DNA of 63,932 nucleotides, counting the filler, from Octopus bimaculoides (lineage: Eukaryota): NCBI RefSeq assembly GCF_001194135.2. It is 8 parts of 5 records of this genome, joined end to end, with 100 filler letters (N's around TTAATTAATTAA, not from the genome) between each part and the next. Parts side by side here need not be neighbours in the genome. Positions count along the whole stretch, not along the records: positions 35,137 to 43,221 come from NC_068981.1; positions 43,322 to 55,524 come from NC_068988.1; 6 more parts are not named here. The stretch is one strand, 5' to 3'. The notes beneath the pieces are model-generated. The model was not told where the DNA came from, did no database searches, and saw nothing but the letters and a program-made list of their open reading frames with translations. Shown here one piece after another: positions 37,400 through 50,299 of the stretch. Position 1 is the first letter of the stretch, and every line of letters starts with the position of its first letter. The translations under genes and the position numbers were made by a program.

Positions 37400-38670
37400 T
37401 TTAAAAACATTTCAATTTTGCAAATTTTACTTACTATTTTCATCGACAAAGTATTGCACAATGTCTTCGAATGCCGCCGCTGGTGGCAACTCGTCACATC
37501 TAAACTACAACACCGTTAAATCAGTCCGCTCACCGAACAATTCTTTCAATTTATCCGCTCTATCACTTTCCAGCAAAACCGCTCTGTCGTCCACTGTATA
37601 TTCACTTCCCGTTATCTTAGCTCATAACATTTTTCCTCTTCGTAATCCTCTTCTCTATCTCTGTACTCTTCTTGTATTCCACCATCCTCCTCATATTTCC
37701 TCTTTTCGCCACCTCTTTCCACTTTCCATCTCCAGTCTCTCCCGATGTTCCTGGTATTTGTGTGCCCATCTTACTCCCGCTCCTCGTTATTGTTTCCTTT
37801 CCTTTCTGCGTTCTTTCTTTTTCGTTTGTTCTCTCTTCTGCAATTTTCGTTTTTGCTCCTTCTGCACATTCTATCTGCATCTCCTCCAAATTGCCTTTTA
37901 TCTTTTTTCGTGGGCTTTTTGGAGGCGATAATGTATTTTCCTCCCTCTGTTTCTTTCTCTTTCCGACTGGGTGTTTCGCTTCTGCTACTTCCATTACTTC
38001 CTTTACCTGGCCTTGCGCCACCACACCCTAATCCACCTCCTGCTGCTGCTCCTGTTCTACCTCCTGTTCCTCTTCTTGTTTCTGGGGACACCTCGCTTGC
38101 ATGTAACCTCGTACTCCACAGTGGTAGCAGATGGGAAGTTTTCCCTCCACTACCACTCATAGTTTGAGGTCCTTCGGTAGCACAGTCTGATCTACAATTT
38201 TATGCAGATCTTCAAGGCCGTATCCAAACCTGTTCACCTCCGTTGTCCTCGTGACCTTCAGGACATTGGTTTCCTTCTCGGCGTTGAAGAGGATGGCTGC
38301 CACCAGCCACATTTCATCAATTTCTGGGGGCACTCTGCCAATCCTAATTCTGTTCGCACGTTTGCCACAATAGGTCGGCAGTAGTGCACACTCACCCGAC
38401 CTTAATAGCACAGTGGAGCACTTTATTGCGTCTTGTTCGGTCGCAAACCGTACCTCCACTGTGCCGTACTTCTTGACTCTGGTGTAGTACGTGGTAAGGT
38501 GCTTCACCTCCTTGAGGCACTCCTCCGTTTCTTCAATGCTTGCTAACACAACCTTTTTGCTGCTGTTCGACAGTGTTCTATAAACAACTGGGATTTTTTT
38601 TTGCTGTTTCTTCCAATATTTCATTTGGAGGGGTCAGCCTCAGGCTGTTTCCTTCTTTAGCAATTAGCTC
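37400..38670 (-). pseudogene. gag-like ORF1 (L1/Tx1-like), copy 1, frameshifted
   Basis: LLPTYCGKRANRIRIGRVPPEIDEMWLVAAIL aligns to copy 2 LLPTYLGRRTAKITIEEIPAGYDVTWMAAAVI; knuckle PICYHCGVRGYMQARCPQK; basic/acidic tail ending ...VQYFVDENSK* and then AATAAA. Confidence 0.75.
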
Positions 38671-38675
38671 GTTAG

Positions 38676-39009
38676 CCCTAGGAAACACCGTTTCTTGTTG
38701 GATTTGACACATTTCCTGTGGCTTTATGTTTTCAAAATGGAGACAAGCACATCCACCCAGCAAAGCCAGAATCCAGAAACTAGTTTCGGAGTCATTGCTC
38801 ATCATCAGTCTGGAGTAGCATGGCCTGCTCGCTGTCGATGCCTACCCGCCTTTGAAAACATATATATTTCAAGTGAAGTACATTAACTGATTTTTGAAAA
38901 TAGAAATAATACATTTCTAAATCTCTCAGAGATTAAGTTGTCTCCACTTAATGTGACATAAGGACACAGGAAATGTGTCAAGTCCAACAGGAAACGGTGT
39001 TTCCTAGGG
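38676..39009. mobile_element. piggyBac-like MITE, 334 bp
   Basis: 54-bp TIRs (38676-38729 / 38956-39009) starting CCCTAGG; TTAA at 39010-39013 and TTAG at 38672-38675. Confidence 0.8.
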
Positions 39010-39464
39010 TTAAATAACAGTAGCATTCTTCCCTTTCATGGGACTGACACATTAAGTCGACAACATACTATCACTTTGAGGTGTATTTGTTCTAAAAATT
39101 CACTCTCTGTATCCATACACATTATTATTGAAGTAATAGATTATGTAGCAAATCGTAGGGAAGAAGTAGAGTTGAACTAAGATTCCTTGAGAAAGACCAG
39201 AGTCCCATAATTACAGATGATTACCATACAATACGGGTGTACTTTCTTAAATTCTAAAGATAGAATGGTTACACGAAGGTGTCATTTCAATATTTAGTCT
39301 ATACTCTTTTTCATAATCTAGCTGTCGGGTAAGCCACCGATCAAAATGAAATTTCAGTGTAAAAGATACATATAAACAGTATCATATTTTTGGACACAAA
39401 CATACACATATGCATGCATCACTGTATAAATGCACAGAAAAATAGACACACATGCAAATACATG

Positions 39465-39528
<64 letters not shown>

Positions 39529-40176
39529 TATACACACCCCATATTTACTTTTCCTCGGTTTGGATGGAAGATCATTCTTCTAATTACAATCACGCACATT
39601 ATATGTATACACTGACCCAACTGTTACGATTTTATTTTATTTTAGAAAATCAATCAATCACAATCTGATCTGACCCCAATTTCCAGAGTTGCAAAGTAAG
39701 GTCAGTTTACCAAACATATTCTATTTTCTGACAACTTGATACCAAATTCCCATGACAAGACAAAGGCTAAGCATTAAATGTCAGCTCATCACAGCAGAAT
39801 TTATTTATGTATTTATTTATATATCACGTGGACATGAGACAAATTTTATCGCGATTTGGGATTTCATTGTTTTCCAAATTTTGGCACTAGTTTAGATTAC
39901 AACAGTAATATGAAGAATGCACCCTGGGGGACACTATTCCGTAATTATGTCCGTCTTGCTCGCATAGCGTTCATGGCCATGGAAGGTAGAAAGTGAATTG
40001 TTATAATATAACCTTACTGTTGTGTCTGTCTTATAAACCGCTTTATCTTGCACCCACTCAAGGCAAATATGTGCTAAACTAAAGTCTCAATTACAAATCC
40101 TAATTAGTCATATTCTTTTTCCTTTGATGTCTCATGTTATGCTTTGTCTCTCACATACATCAAACAAAGGGTTAAG

Positions 40177-40241
<65 letters not shown>

Positions 40242-40769
40242 GTACACCCATAAGAGTGTACTAGAGGCTTGTAGATCGACAGTGTTCTGTTATCAACACT
40301 GTCCAATCTAGCTGTATTGAAACATATTAATATAGTTCACTACTGGAATCATTGATCTGTTTGTCCATATTCGAGTCATGGTAAAATAAAATAAACATTC
40401 GATTTATCCCTCACAACCCAAGATACGCGGTTGTCTAACCTGCCAGAAATAGTTGTGAATTTTCCCCCAATAACACCCTATCATCTTAGAAGGCATCGGA
40501 TGATGTGGTTCTCAATGTATATATGCATATACATGCGGGTATATATGTATATTTGCATATGCATATATACAAAGGCACACATACACAGCTGTATTGTGAA
40601 AACAAAACTGGCGAGTCAGTTTGTAAAGGATTTATTTACGCCGTCTTATATTTTAGAGTGAAGGTTATGCTCGAATTATACAATCCAGGTTAGGTTATTT
40701 TTCTACGTTATCCTTTCGTCAGAGATTCATACTGAATGTATGCTACTAGTTAGCTTTGCTTCGTATAAG

Positions 40770-41617
40770 AAAAGAACAGGGGTAAGAGGACCCCAGAAGC
40801 ATATTATGCATGTATGTGAGTGTGTATTTGTTATATTCTTGTTGCTTGTATCTGTGTACCATGTTCTACGTTTTTTGTCTTTGTTGCCGTACACATTCGC
40901 TAGGTTTCTTACAAAAAATCTAATGCTCTTAGCTTAGACTTTTTGCGGGGCAACCAGATCGAACTGTTTTAAGTGTAACTGCCGAAAACAGTAAGGACAT
41001 CTGGTAACTTGACTGACGAAAGAAGGCCACGAATGACCCTCTTTTTCCTCCTGTCCTTCTAATTGCTGTTTCTCCTGTCCGCCTTTGTATCGTCTATCTG
41101 CCTTGGCCCTTTCTTTCTTTAACTCCCACTCTTCCCCCTCCTTTATCTCCCCTATGCTTTTCCCTTTGTCACTTTGATTTTTTCTAATCCTTCACTCCCG
41201 CTGTCCCCTACTCCTTCCATGTGACCGGTGTCTGGCAAGCCATGATCTTTCTTGCTTGGTCTGACTGCCGACCGCCAACACCTCTTATGTCCATCTCCTA
41301 TGTTCCTGCCTTTAGGCTTTCACTTCATACACGCCAGCTCAATTTGATTCGTTCTCAATCGAAAGACACCTGTTGTTATATTTTTGTTTGTATTTGTAAT
41401 TGCGTACCATGTCCTCCGTTTTTTGTCTTTGTTGTCGCACACATTCGTTAGCTTTCTTACAAAAAATTTTATGCTCTTAGCTTAAACTATTTTGGGGGCA
41501 ACCAGATCGAATTGTCTCAAGTGTAACTGCCCAAAACAGTAAGGACATCTGGTAACTTGACTGAAGAAAGAAGACCACGAATGACCTGTCCTCCCCCTAT
41601 CCTAATTGTTGTTTCTC
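40770..41617 (+). mobile_element. tandem direct repeats (~200+ bp; 40850-41075 and 41395-41617), probable PLE pseudo-LTRs
   Basis: Both copies contain cattcg..ag.tttcttacaaaaaa...ggggcaaccagatcgaa...gtaaggacatctggtaacttgactga.gaaagaag; homologous to 6292-6798; lie upstream of a PLE ORF. Confidence 0.6.
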
Positions 41618-41775
41618 NNNNNNNNNNNNNNNNNNNNNNNNNNNNNNNNNNNNNNNNNNNNNNNNNNNNNNNNNNNNNNNNNNNNNNNNNNNNNNNNNNN
41701 NNNNNNNNNNNNNNNNNNNNNNNNNNNNNNNNNNNNNNNNNNNNNNNNNNNNNNNNNNNNNNNNNNNNNNNNNNN

Positions 41776-41809
<34 letters not shown>

Positions 41810-43221
41810 GTTTTTTTCTTAGAAAAGCATAAATCCGGAGAAGAAGCACCTTAAACTAAAGTCCATTATAGCTGGTTCAGCCTGTCCTACACATCGTCTG
41901 GGCAACCTCATTGACATTATCCTAAAACCACTATGTAGTCACATACCCAGTTTCATCTGCCTAAAACAACAGAATCCAGTTCACTGTTAGATTTGATGTA
42001 ACAAACTTATATACGAACATTCCACATGATTTGGGAATTACTGCCATGAAATATTGGATCGAGAAACATAAAGAAGCGATCCCTAGTAGATTTACTGTAA
42101 TCTTCATACTAAACGCGGTTAGCCCCATCCTCGAAAACAACACATTCCTTTTTAACGGAAAAAATAACCTCCAAATTCGAAGCACAGCTATGGGGACGCG
42201 ATTTGCACCAGTTTTCGCGAACTCAGTATTGGGATACTCGGAACAAAACCTATATAAAAAAATTTGAAGAGAACTACGGCATGGCCTTTAGAAGACGTAT
42301 AGCGGACACATGGAAAAGATACCTCGATGATTGTTTCCTAATTTGGACCAAATCCCTAGAAAATCTGGAAGAATTCAGCACCCTCCTCAACAATCTACAG
42401 CCTAGTCTCAAATTCACAGGACAAATGAGCAACTCACAATGACATAATGGTAATTAAAAACAACACCACAATCACAACTGATATTTATTACAAAAACGCA
42501 GATACGCACCAGTACCTAAATTTCAAATCATGCCACCCAACACACACTAAACGCAACATCCCATACTGTCAAGCCAGGAAAATTTGTACTATAGTAGATG
42601 ATACAAATACCAGGAACATACCACTTATAGAACTCAAAGGATTTCTGCTCAAGCAAAATTACCCTTTCCTACTTATAGAAAACAAGCAAAAGAGATACCT
42701 ATGGAACAACTTAGGACAACACGAGAAAGACGAATCCATCAACAGAACACAATACCATTTCTGATAACATACAATCCGCATCATCAAGACATTTTTAACA
42801 TCATCAAAACAATTATGAAACAAAGTGAAAAATTAAAGAAACAATAACTAATCAAACATTTATCTTAAGCAAAAGGCAACCACATAACCTAAAGAAGCTA
42901 TTAGCAAATGCAAAATTCAACACGAAGAAACAGGATAAAACATTCAGAGTATCCAAGTGTAATGATAACAGATGTTGAGCGTGTCAATACATTTATACCA
43001 GTAAATCCATTAGAAGAAAAGTGGACAGATTTTCACAAATTCAGATATGAACTGCAAAAGTAGAAATTTGATCTGCTGCATTGAATGCTCGAATTGCGAG
43101 GAACTATATATTAGCGAGACAGGGAATGTATTATCGGAACGCTCATGAGTCCTTAAGCAACGAATCCCGAACACTAATGTTCGCCAAATTCCATTGAGAG
43201 AACATATAGAAACATGTGGTC
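41810..43221 (+). mobile_element. Penelope-like element (Neptune-type) RT + GIY-YIG remnant
   Basis: IIAGSACPTHRL, FDVTNLYTNIPH, TAMGTRFAP, RYLDDCF, YYKNADTHQYL...SCHP, linker KCNDNRC*ACQY, MNCKSRNLICCIECSNCEELYISETG; frameshifted. Confidence 0.92.
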
Positions 43222-43335
43222 NNNNNNNNNNNNNNNNNNNNNNNNNNNNNNNNNNNNNNNNNNNNTTAATTAATTAANNNNNNNNNNNNNNNNNNNNNNN
43301 NNNNNNNNNNNNNNNNNNNNNTATATATATATATA

Positions 43336-43487
43336 TATGACGGGCTTCTTTCAGTTTCCGAGTATAAAATCCACTCGGCCCGGGTCTATAGTAGATGACA
43401 CTTGTTCAAGGTGCTACGCACTGAAATTATTACCAGGAACCACATGGATAGGAAGCATACTTCTTACCAAACAACCACGCCTGCGTC
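43336..43487 (-). mobile_element. SINE family A, 5' half
   Basis: gacgggcttctttcagtttcc...ccacgcctgcgtc. Confidence 0.8.
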
Positions 43488-43551
43488 TTCTTTACACAAA
43501 TATAAATATGTGTTTAGACAGACAGACAGACAGACAGATAGCTAGCTAGCT

Positions 43552-43582
<31 letters not shown>

Positions 43583-44200
43583 GAGACGGATAGCTAGATA
43601 TATAGAGAGACGGATAGATAGATAGTTAGATAGATAGATTGAAGGTTGTGTTTACAAATGGAAAAAATGCACTCGATACATAAGGTAGAGCATGTATAAT
43701 TTATTACAATCAGAATCTTCTAATATCATAAACCCCGAGTTTCACGTTACTGATAATCTTTATGAGCAAAATAGTGGAGCAGTTTTGCAGGACTGCCAAC
43801 TATCACACCTACTCAGACATGTTACCTCTGTACTCAATGTCTTGGTAAGTTATTACCTGTCTCTTTTTATTCTCAGCAGCATCCACTCCATTTTCTTTTC
43901 CTGATGGTCTTACAGATATATAAAATATTACATATCATGACAGTTATGGCTGGTGCTAACTAATTAATCATCTAATACATGTATGTTTGTGTGCATCGGT
44001 ACACACACACACACATACACACACACACATATATNNNNNNNNNNNNNNNNNNNNNNNNNNNNNNNNNNNNNNNNNNNNNNNNNNNNNNNNNNNNNNNNNN
44101 NNNNNNNNNNNNNNNNNNNNNNNNNNNNNNNNNNNNNNNNNNNNNNNNNNNNNNNNNNNNNNNNNNNNNNNNNNNNNNNNNNNNNNNNNNNNNNNNNNAG

Positions 44201-44231
<31 letters not shown>

Positions 44232-44268
44232 TGTATGTATCTATGTATGTATACTCTGTGTGTGCATA

Positions 44269-44299
<31 letters not shown>

Positions 44300-44943
44300 G
44301 TATTCTGCATTAAATGAAGAAACAATGACGAGTGAAAATTCTGTAAATAATAATTATAAGCTTCATTTTATAAGCGTTCATCCAAATTTTTCCATCAAGG
44401 CTTATATGCCCGAATATTAGACTACTTTCTTTAGCCGATACACAGTGAACGCTTATAATCTTTAAGCTTATAATAATAATTATTATTTAGATGGTGATAG
44501 TGGTCTGTAACGTCGGGTCACTATTTTAGAAGGATAGGTTGTATTCCATCTAATGTGACTCTACTCAGAAGGTTGTTATATCATTTGACAGGAACACGGT
44601 ATAAAGAAATACATGGAACAAGGTGGTAACTTTAAATGTCTTTAATACCGGCCACACGTATATATACACAAATTGAATGATAAATGGAAGTGGTTGATGG
44701 ACATTTACTCATATATCTACATGCATCTGTGTGGGTTGTATGTTTGCTGTTAACCCTGGTGAGGAACTCAAGAACAGTGATATATTAGAAACTTTGCAGT
44801 GTGTTGGTGCTGTGTAGAGATGTTGACGACGTTGGTGAGAGACATGATGGTGGCGACGAAGATGGAGCTCGCTGTAATGTGGTCAGTGGTTAGACCTTAG
44901 AAGGTCTGAAACCAACAGACCTCGAGACTAGGGGGAGGTGTGT

Positions 44944-45077
44944 TTTTATAGCTAACGGTAGGCTCAAATTTTATTTAGAACAGACTGTTTCACGTGGTTT
45001 ATTTGGAGGCTGCGATTGGTTGGGTTGCATATTGGCGCGCGATAGAGTAATTGACAAATTGACAAATTGCGCCAATA
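44944..45077 (-). promoter_or_regulatory. promoter-like motif cluster (TATA, E-box, CCAAT x2, E2F-like sites)
   Basis: Minus-strand TATAAAA (44944-44950), CACGTG (44991-44996), ATTGG (45015, 45031), TTGGCGCG (45032) with an inverted partner GCGCCAATA (45069-45077); no downstream gene found. Confidence 0.3.
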
Positions 45078-45216
45078 CCAACCAGTCAGAGTGGTAGACA
45101 CAACAGGGTCCAAAACAGCGCCCAAAGATTAGCTGTTACCTGCTACGTTCGTATGTATGTATATATAATAGAGGAAATTCACTAGACTTCGCTACAATTA
45201 TTATTATGTACAGAAT

Positions 45217-45248
<32 letters not shown>

Positions 45249-45249
45249 G

Positions 45250-45295
<46 letters not shown>

Positions 45296-45472
45296 GGCGG
45301 TGCCCCAGCATGACCACATGCCTCAAGGCTAAAACATCTAAAAGAATATATATATACTCTCACACGCGCACTCATTATCATTATCATTTAATATCTGCTT
45401 TCCTTGCCGGTATGGGTTCCACAGTTCGTCACTTTCCGAGTCGCAGTTATTGCCTCACAAGATGGATTAGAG

Positions 45473-45824
45473 CAGTGCTACTCAAAGCGGTGTTCCGCGG
45501 ACCGGTGCCAGCCTGCGAGTCATCAGCTGCCGGTACGCGGCGAGTTTCCAGAAAAGAAAGAAACAATAGCAGAAAAACTGACAAAGAAGAAACAGGCTCA
45601 CCTTTCACATTGGTAAAGATTAAGATTATAAAATGCTTATGTACTGTTTTATTATTTGCTTACAAAATAAATATAGGATAAAAAAATTGTCAACTTTTAT
45701 TATATTAATATATATATATTGTTTCCAGTATAAATTAATATTACTAAGAAATATTACCGGTCTCTGGCACATTGGGAAAAAAAAAACTACCGGTACGCCA
45801 CATCAGATAGCTTGAGAAGCACTG
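45473..45824. mobile_element. hAT-type MITE, 352 bp
   Basis: TIRs cagtgctactcaaagc / gcttgagaagcactg; 8-bp TSD GATTAGAG (45465-45472) vs GATTGGAG (45825-45832). Confidence 0.88.
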
Positions 45825-45859
45825 GATTGGAGGACGTTTTGTCTTGTTCGTATCTTTCA

Positions 45860-46260
45860 CTTTTAGCTTAGTTTCTCCGTCAGTCTGATTCTGGTGCTAT
45901 TTTCTTGTCGATTTTGCTTTTCTTCCTCTTGTCTTTTGAAACCCTCGCCAAATTCAGATCTTCAGTGGGAATGACCACCAGCAATGTCCTCCCACCTTTT
46001 AACGTTCATGTAAAGAGACTTTATGTCTCTCTTGTAGACATCTGTGAAATGAAGTTGGGGGATCTTTTGTGTTAATCTACCAGAGACTAGTTCCTCATGT
46101 AGCATTGAATTCTATCCCGCGCTTTACCACATACAAATCTCAAATTGCAATTCAGTCATAGTTTGATCGTACACAACCGAGATTTTATCCAATGAACGGC
46201 TGTTGTTCACGTGATAGTTTGGTGATTAGAACTTTCCGTGAGTGGCACCTATAAATACAG
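45860..46260 (-). mobile_element. RTE-clade LINE C-terminal fragment
   Basis: MLHEELVSGRLTQKIPQLHFTDVYKRDIKSLYMNVKRWEDIA matches LLYGELxxGxRxxGRPxLRYKDVCKRDxKxxxxxxxxWEDLA. Confidence 0.75.
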
Positions 46261-47534
46261 TCAATTTAAGGGTCAAAAATTCAGAGTGTCTTGGGTCGAG
46301 TTTCAATTACTCTCTTCATGTAGCTGTTCTCATGGCTGTATATTCAATCGAGGACGATCGAAGAAGACATGACACAGCACCTGAATATATACTTGTTACG
46401 TAAAAACTAGCCTAAGTGTTACATTTCGAACAGTCATTTCCCTTCAATTTCATATTACACTATTTCATCTTACTGCTTCCATTAAATTTATTGCATGAAT
46501 ACCTTACCTATGAATGTAACAAAATAAATTATGTTCAAGCATAAAAATAAACCTCTGTTAGGCTCATATAGCAGGTCTTCCGAGTATTCCTTATCTGACA
46601 TGCAATGTGCGTGAACCAGCGTCGTTGTTGAAGTAAGACGAGAAGGCTGGGTATCTGAGTATCTGGGTCAGTCCACTCGGTGTTGCTTAGTACGTACCAT
46701 TACCATCTACAACTTTTTGAGAGCTTTTACTAACGCTGCTTCCGCAACATTCTCTGCGCCACTGCAGGAATTTACTGACCAATATTGAAACTCTTGAAAG
46801 GCAGATGTTACCAGCATTGAGGCCATATTGTCAAAGACGTAGCTGTACAAGGCGAGGCACGCTTCCTTAATGGAGAATTATTGCCGGCCCATAATTGTGT
46901 TGCATGGCAAAAAAATCTACAGGCCACCGTAGAAGAGGAGTACAAAAGAAGAAATCCCTTCTTGCAATCAACAATCGCCAGCTGTCTAATATAGCCTCTG
47001 ATCACGAGGCCTAGTGACCAGTCTGTTTCCGCTTCAAAAAAAAAAAAAATGCACGCAGGGCTGACTTTGAATATAAAAGATGAAGGAAGAACCATTACAC
47101 TGCTGCACCGAAAACAGAACAGAACTGGAAAGATACTAAAGTTTTGACAGGGTGCAAAACTTACTCTGAAATATATATACTGTAAAATACATCATTCATG
47201 TGTTGAGGTTAGCGTATGCTCTCGTTGTGTTAGCATGTGAAGAGATATCTGGCGAGCACGACGATGTGTGGATACATTCAGTATGATACATGACAATAAG
47301 TAGAACAGCTTAACCTATCTTAATCCAACGTAGTTAAAGTAACTTTTGTACATGTTATCTTGAACCTTCAGTCGTGTATAGTATTTCATCTGTTATATAA
47401 AGATTCTTTGACGAACTATCTACTGCTATATCTTCGTGAATTATCAACATTATAATAATGGCGCCGCCGATAGGATGCAAATCGGTGCTGACCTTTTGAA
47501 ACTAGGTTAAGATGCTGTTCTAGCTTTAGTTTAG

Positions 47535-47622
<88 letters not shown>

Positions 47623-47859
47623 TAACGGAGACCCAAATTATGTTAACGAAAGATTTATTCAGTTAAATACACGAGGGCGACAGCTGCCAGTCAACTCTTG
47701 CTTAGTAGAAAACCTGCTTAACCGGAAGTCCACTTCGGCGCAGACCAGTTCTCTAGCTAGCCCGCAGCGAAGTTCCTGTCTACAGTTCGTCCGTCATAAA
47801 TCCTTGGGCAGTGCCCTACATTGTACAGCTACCACTAGAGCAAGAACATTGAAAGACAA

Positions 47860-48470
47860 TAATGGAACTGATGGCTCAAAGGAGATAACGTGTTTATTTA
47901 TAAATGTCCGACATAGAGTTATTCTAAAAGGGTTACGGATAACTCATCGGAGAAAACAAAGGGAACAAAAATACTAGAGGACATGTGTTTTAGTGAAATA
48001 CGGGAGACGATGGTGAAACAAGAACTTAGAATGAACCGGGTTCATGTTCAAATGATAGAAATCTTTTGGACTGGATTTCTACGTCATCTTCGTGATGGAT
48101 TTAGATAGAGTGAGTTTGTCGAGCTTGGTCAAGATGATAAAAGTACTGAAGAGAAAATTTAAATGAGACTAATTGTGGGCATATATCATATGATAGATAA
48201 AGAAAAAAATGTTGGAATGACTCCAGTTAGGAAATATATTACTCGGTACGCGTATAAACTTCTATTACAACAGCGTGGAATGATATCGTTTCTTAAATTA
48301 ATCGATGAATTGCTGATGCTTGTCACATTGTCAAAAAGAAAACAATCTCTGAATACAAATTCTGTGGTTATAAATATGTTAAAAGGAAATGTCCTACATT
48401 TGAAGAATCATGCGAACTACGCAACAAAAAGAAATATTTTTCCTCAATTTGTAATTTCTAAAGCAAAAGT
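47860..48470 (+). mobile_element. Gypsy LTR-retrotransposon gag remnant
   Basis: EEKI*MRLIVGI (cf. DEMIRDRLVxGI) and YKFCGYKYVKRKCPTFEESCELRNKKKYFSSIC (cf. CKxCGxxHxxxxCPAxGKxCxxCxKxNHFAxVC). Confidence 0.65.
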
Positions 48471-49061
48471 GTAGAACGTGTTGAATAAATTTACGATAAA
48501 AGCTTTGATACTGACACAAATGTATAAACGTTAAATTAAACAAAGAAAAATTCCCTACATAAAGTTAAACTTAATATCGTAGAGTTAGGATATGCAAGAT
48601 ACCGGTAAAGAGGCTAATTTACTTCCAAGAATCTTTGATATTCGATGTTCCACCTAAATTTCATAAAACCAGCAACAACTTCGAACTTCTTCAGTTTTAT
48701 GGAACAAGCATTGCAACTTTGACCGTTTTTAAGGCACACTCTAGAACTCGATAAATGGTTGTAGACTACGATAAAAGTCATGGACTTGTTGAAACTAATG
48801 TACTATGTATTAATAGTACAAGTTTAATCAATATCATTGTGTTGAACGTTGAAGATTATGATATTTTAAAAGACTAGTATTTAAATTGATTGAAAATAAG
48901 TGTCATTTTTATTCTTAGAAATTGTCTATTCATTTTTTCCGCCACGAAAGTAACTGAACTGGACATAATGATACATGTTCCACCAGGTGGTAGTGACTGA
49001 ATGACCCCTATTGTCGTTATACAAACCCCGATAAAAACATCGCGGGGATCAAAAGAATCGA

Positions 49062-49270
49062 TAGTTTTAAATTTTGGCACAAGGCAAGCAATTTCGGGGT
49101 AAGTCGATTACATCGACCCCAGTGTTTGATTAGTACTTATTTTATCGGCTCCGACAGGATGAAAGGCAAAGTCGATCCCAAGGGAATTTGAACTCAGAAC
49201 GTAAAGGCAGACGAAATGCCGCCAAAGCATTTCGTTCGACGTGCAAACTATTCTTCCAGCTCGCTGCCTT
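49062..49270 (-). mobile_element. SINE family B
   Basis: Full reverse-strand match ending in gctcgctgcctt. Confidence 0.88.
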
Positions 49271-49986
49271 CTTCAAACCTTAATATTGAACCAATCTTTA
49301 GTTCATTAGCTGGACTAAACATTTTTTATTTAATACGATCTCCGCAGTGATTATCGCTTAATTCAAGTAGATAATGAATTCAAAGAAACCATTACTATTA
49401 ATAGCGAAACTGATTTATTGAGAGTGACACGAATGCCTTCCGAGATTAAAAAAAAAAAAAAATCTGCATAATTTTTCAACGTCCCATAGAAAAGTCATTA
49501 GAGGGCAGTATATAATCTATGCACTCGCCACTCAACACTATAGCACATAATGGCAACTCGCTCAACACATACGAAACACAAACACCTTTAAATAAAATAA
49601 CATAATTCGTATTCGTCATTGCGTAACAGACGAACGATTAAAACGACACCGAGACAAAAAAACACTCCATACAACCAGGTAAAACAGACGTAACATGTAA
49701 ACGCCATTCTATACTTTCAAAAGACAATGCAACGCACAGGCACCAGGTACACAGAAGGATATCTGCTTCAGTAGAAACTCTATCATGACAGTAGAAAACC
49801 TGACAAGAATGACTTTTTTTGTGACATTAGGGCACAATCGATTATATAGACCTCAGTACTTGAATCGTAATTATTTAATCGGTTTGCCCCAAACGCCCCA
49901 AAAAACTACAGGCCTTGTGCCTATAGTAGGAAAGGATTATTTTTATTATTATTATTATTATTGTTGTTGTTGTTGTTGCTGTTATA

Positions 49987-50140
49987 AAGGCGGCGAGCTG
50001 GCAGAATCGTTAACACACCGAGCAAAATGTTCTGAGTTCAAATTCCGTTGAGGTCGACTTTGCCTTTCATCCTTTCAGTATGTAATCGACTTATCCCTGC
50101 CCCTAAAATTGCTGAGCCTGTGCCAAACTTTGAAACCGTT
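49987..50140 (+). mobile_element. SINE family B, internally deleted
   Basis: aaggcggcgagctggcagaatcgtt...gtcgactttgcctttcatccttt. Confidence 0.88.
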
Positions 50141-50299
50141 ACCTTTTATCATTAAAAAAAATCTTTTTTATCTTTAAAAAAAAAATCCTCTCCTTCAAAT
50201 ACACACATGTCGAAATCATCATCATCATCATCGTCGTCGTCGTCGTCGTCGTCATCTTCGTCGTCATTATTATTATTGTTATTATTATTATTATTATTT

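Noticed and set aside
46560-47100. Unique, moderately GC-rich stretch with an open segment (DVAVQGEARFLNGELLPAHNCVAWQK...)
   Set aside because: No recognisable family motif or clear splice sites; cannot be called without a homology search.
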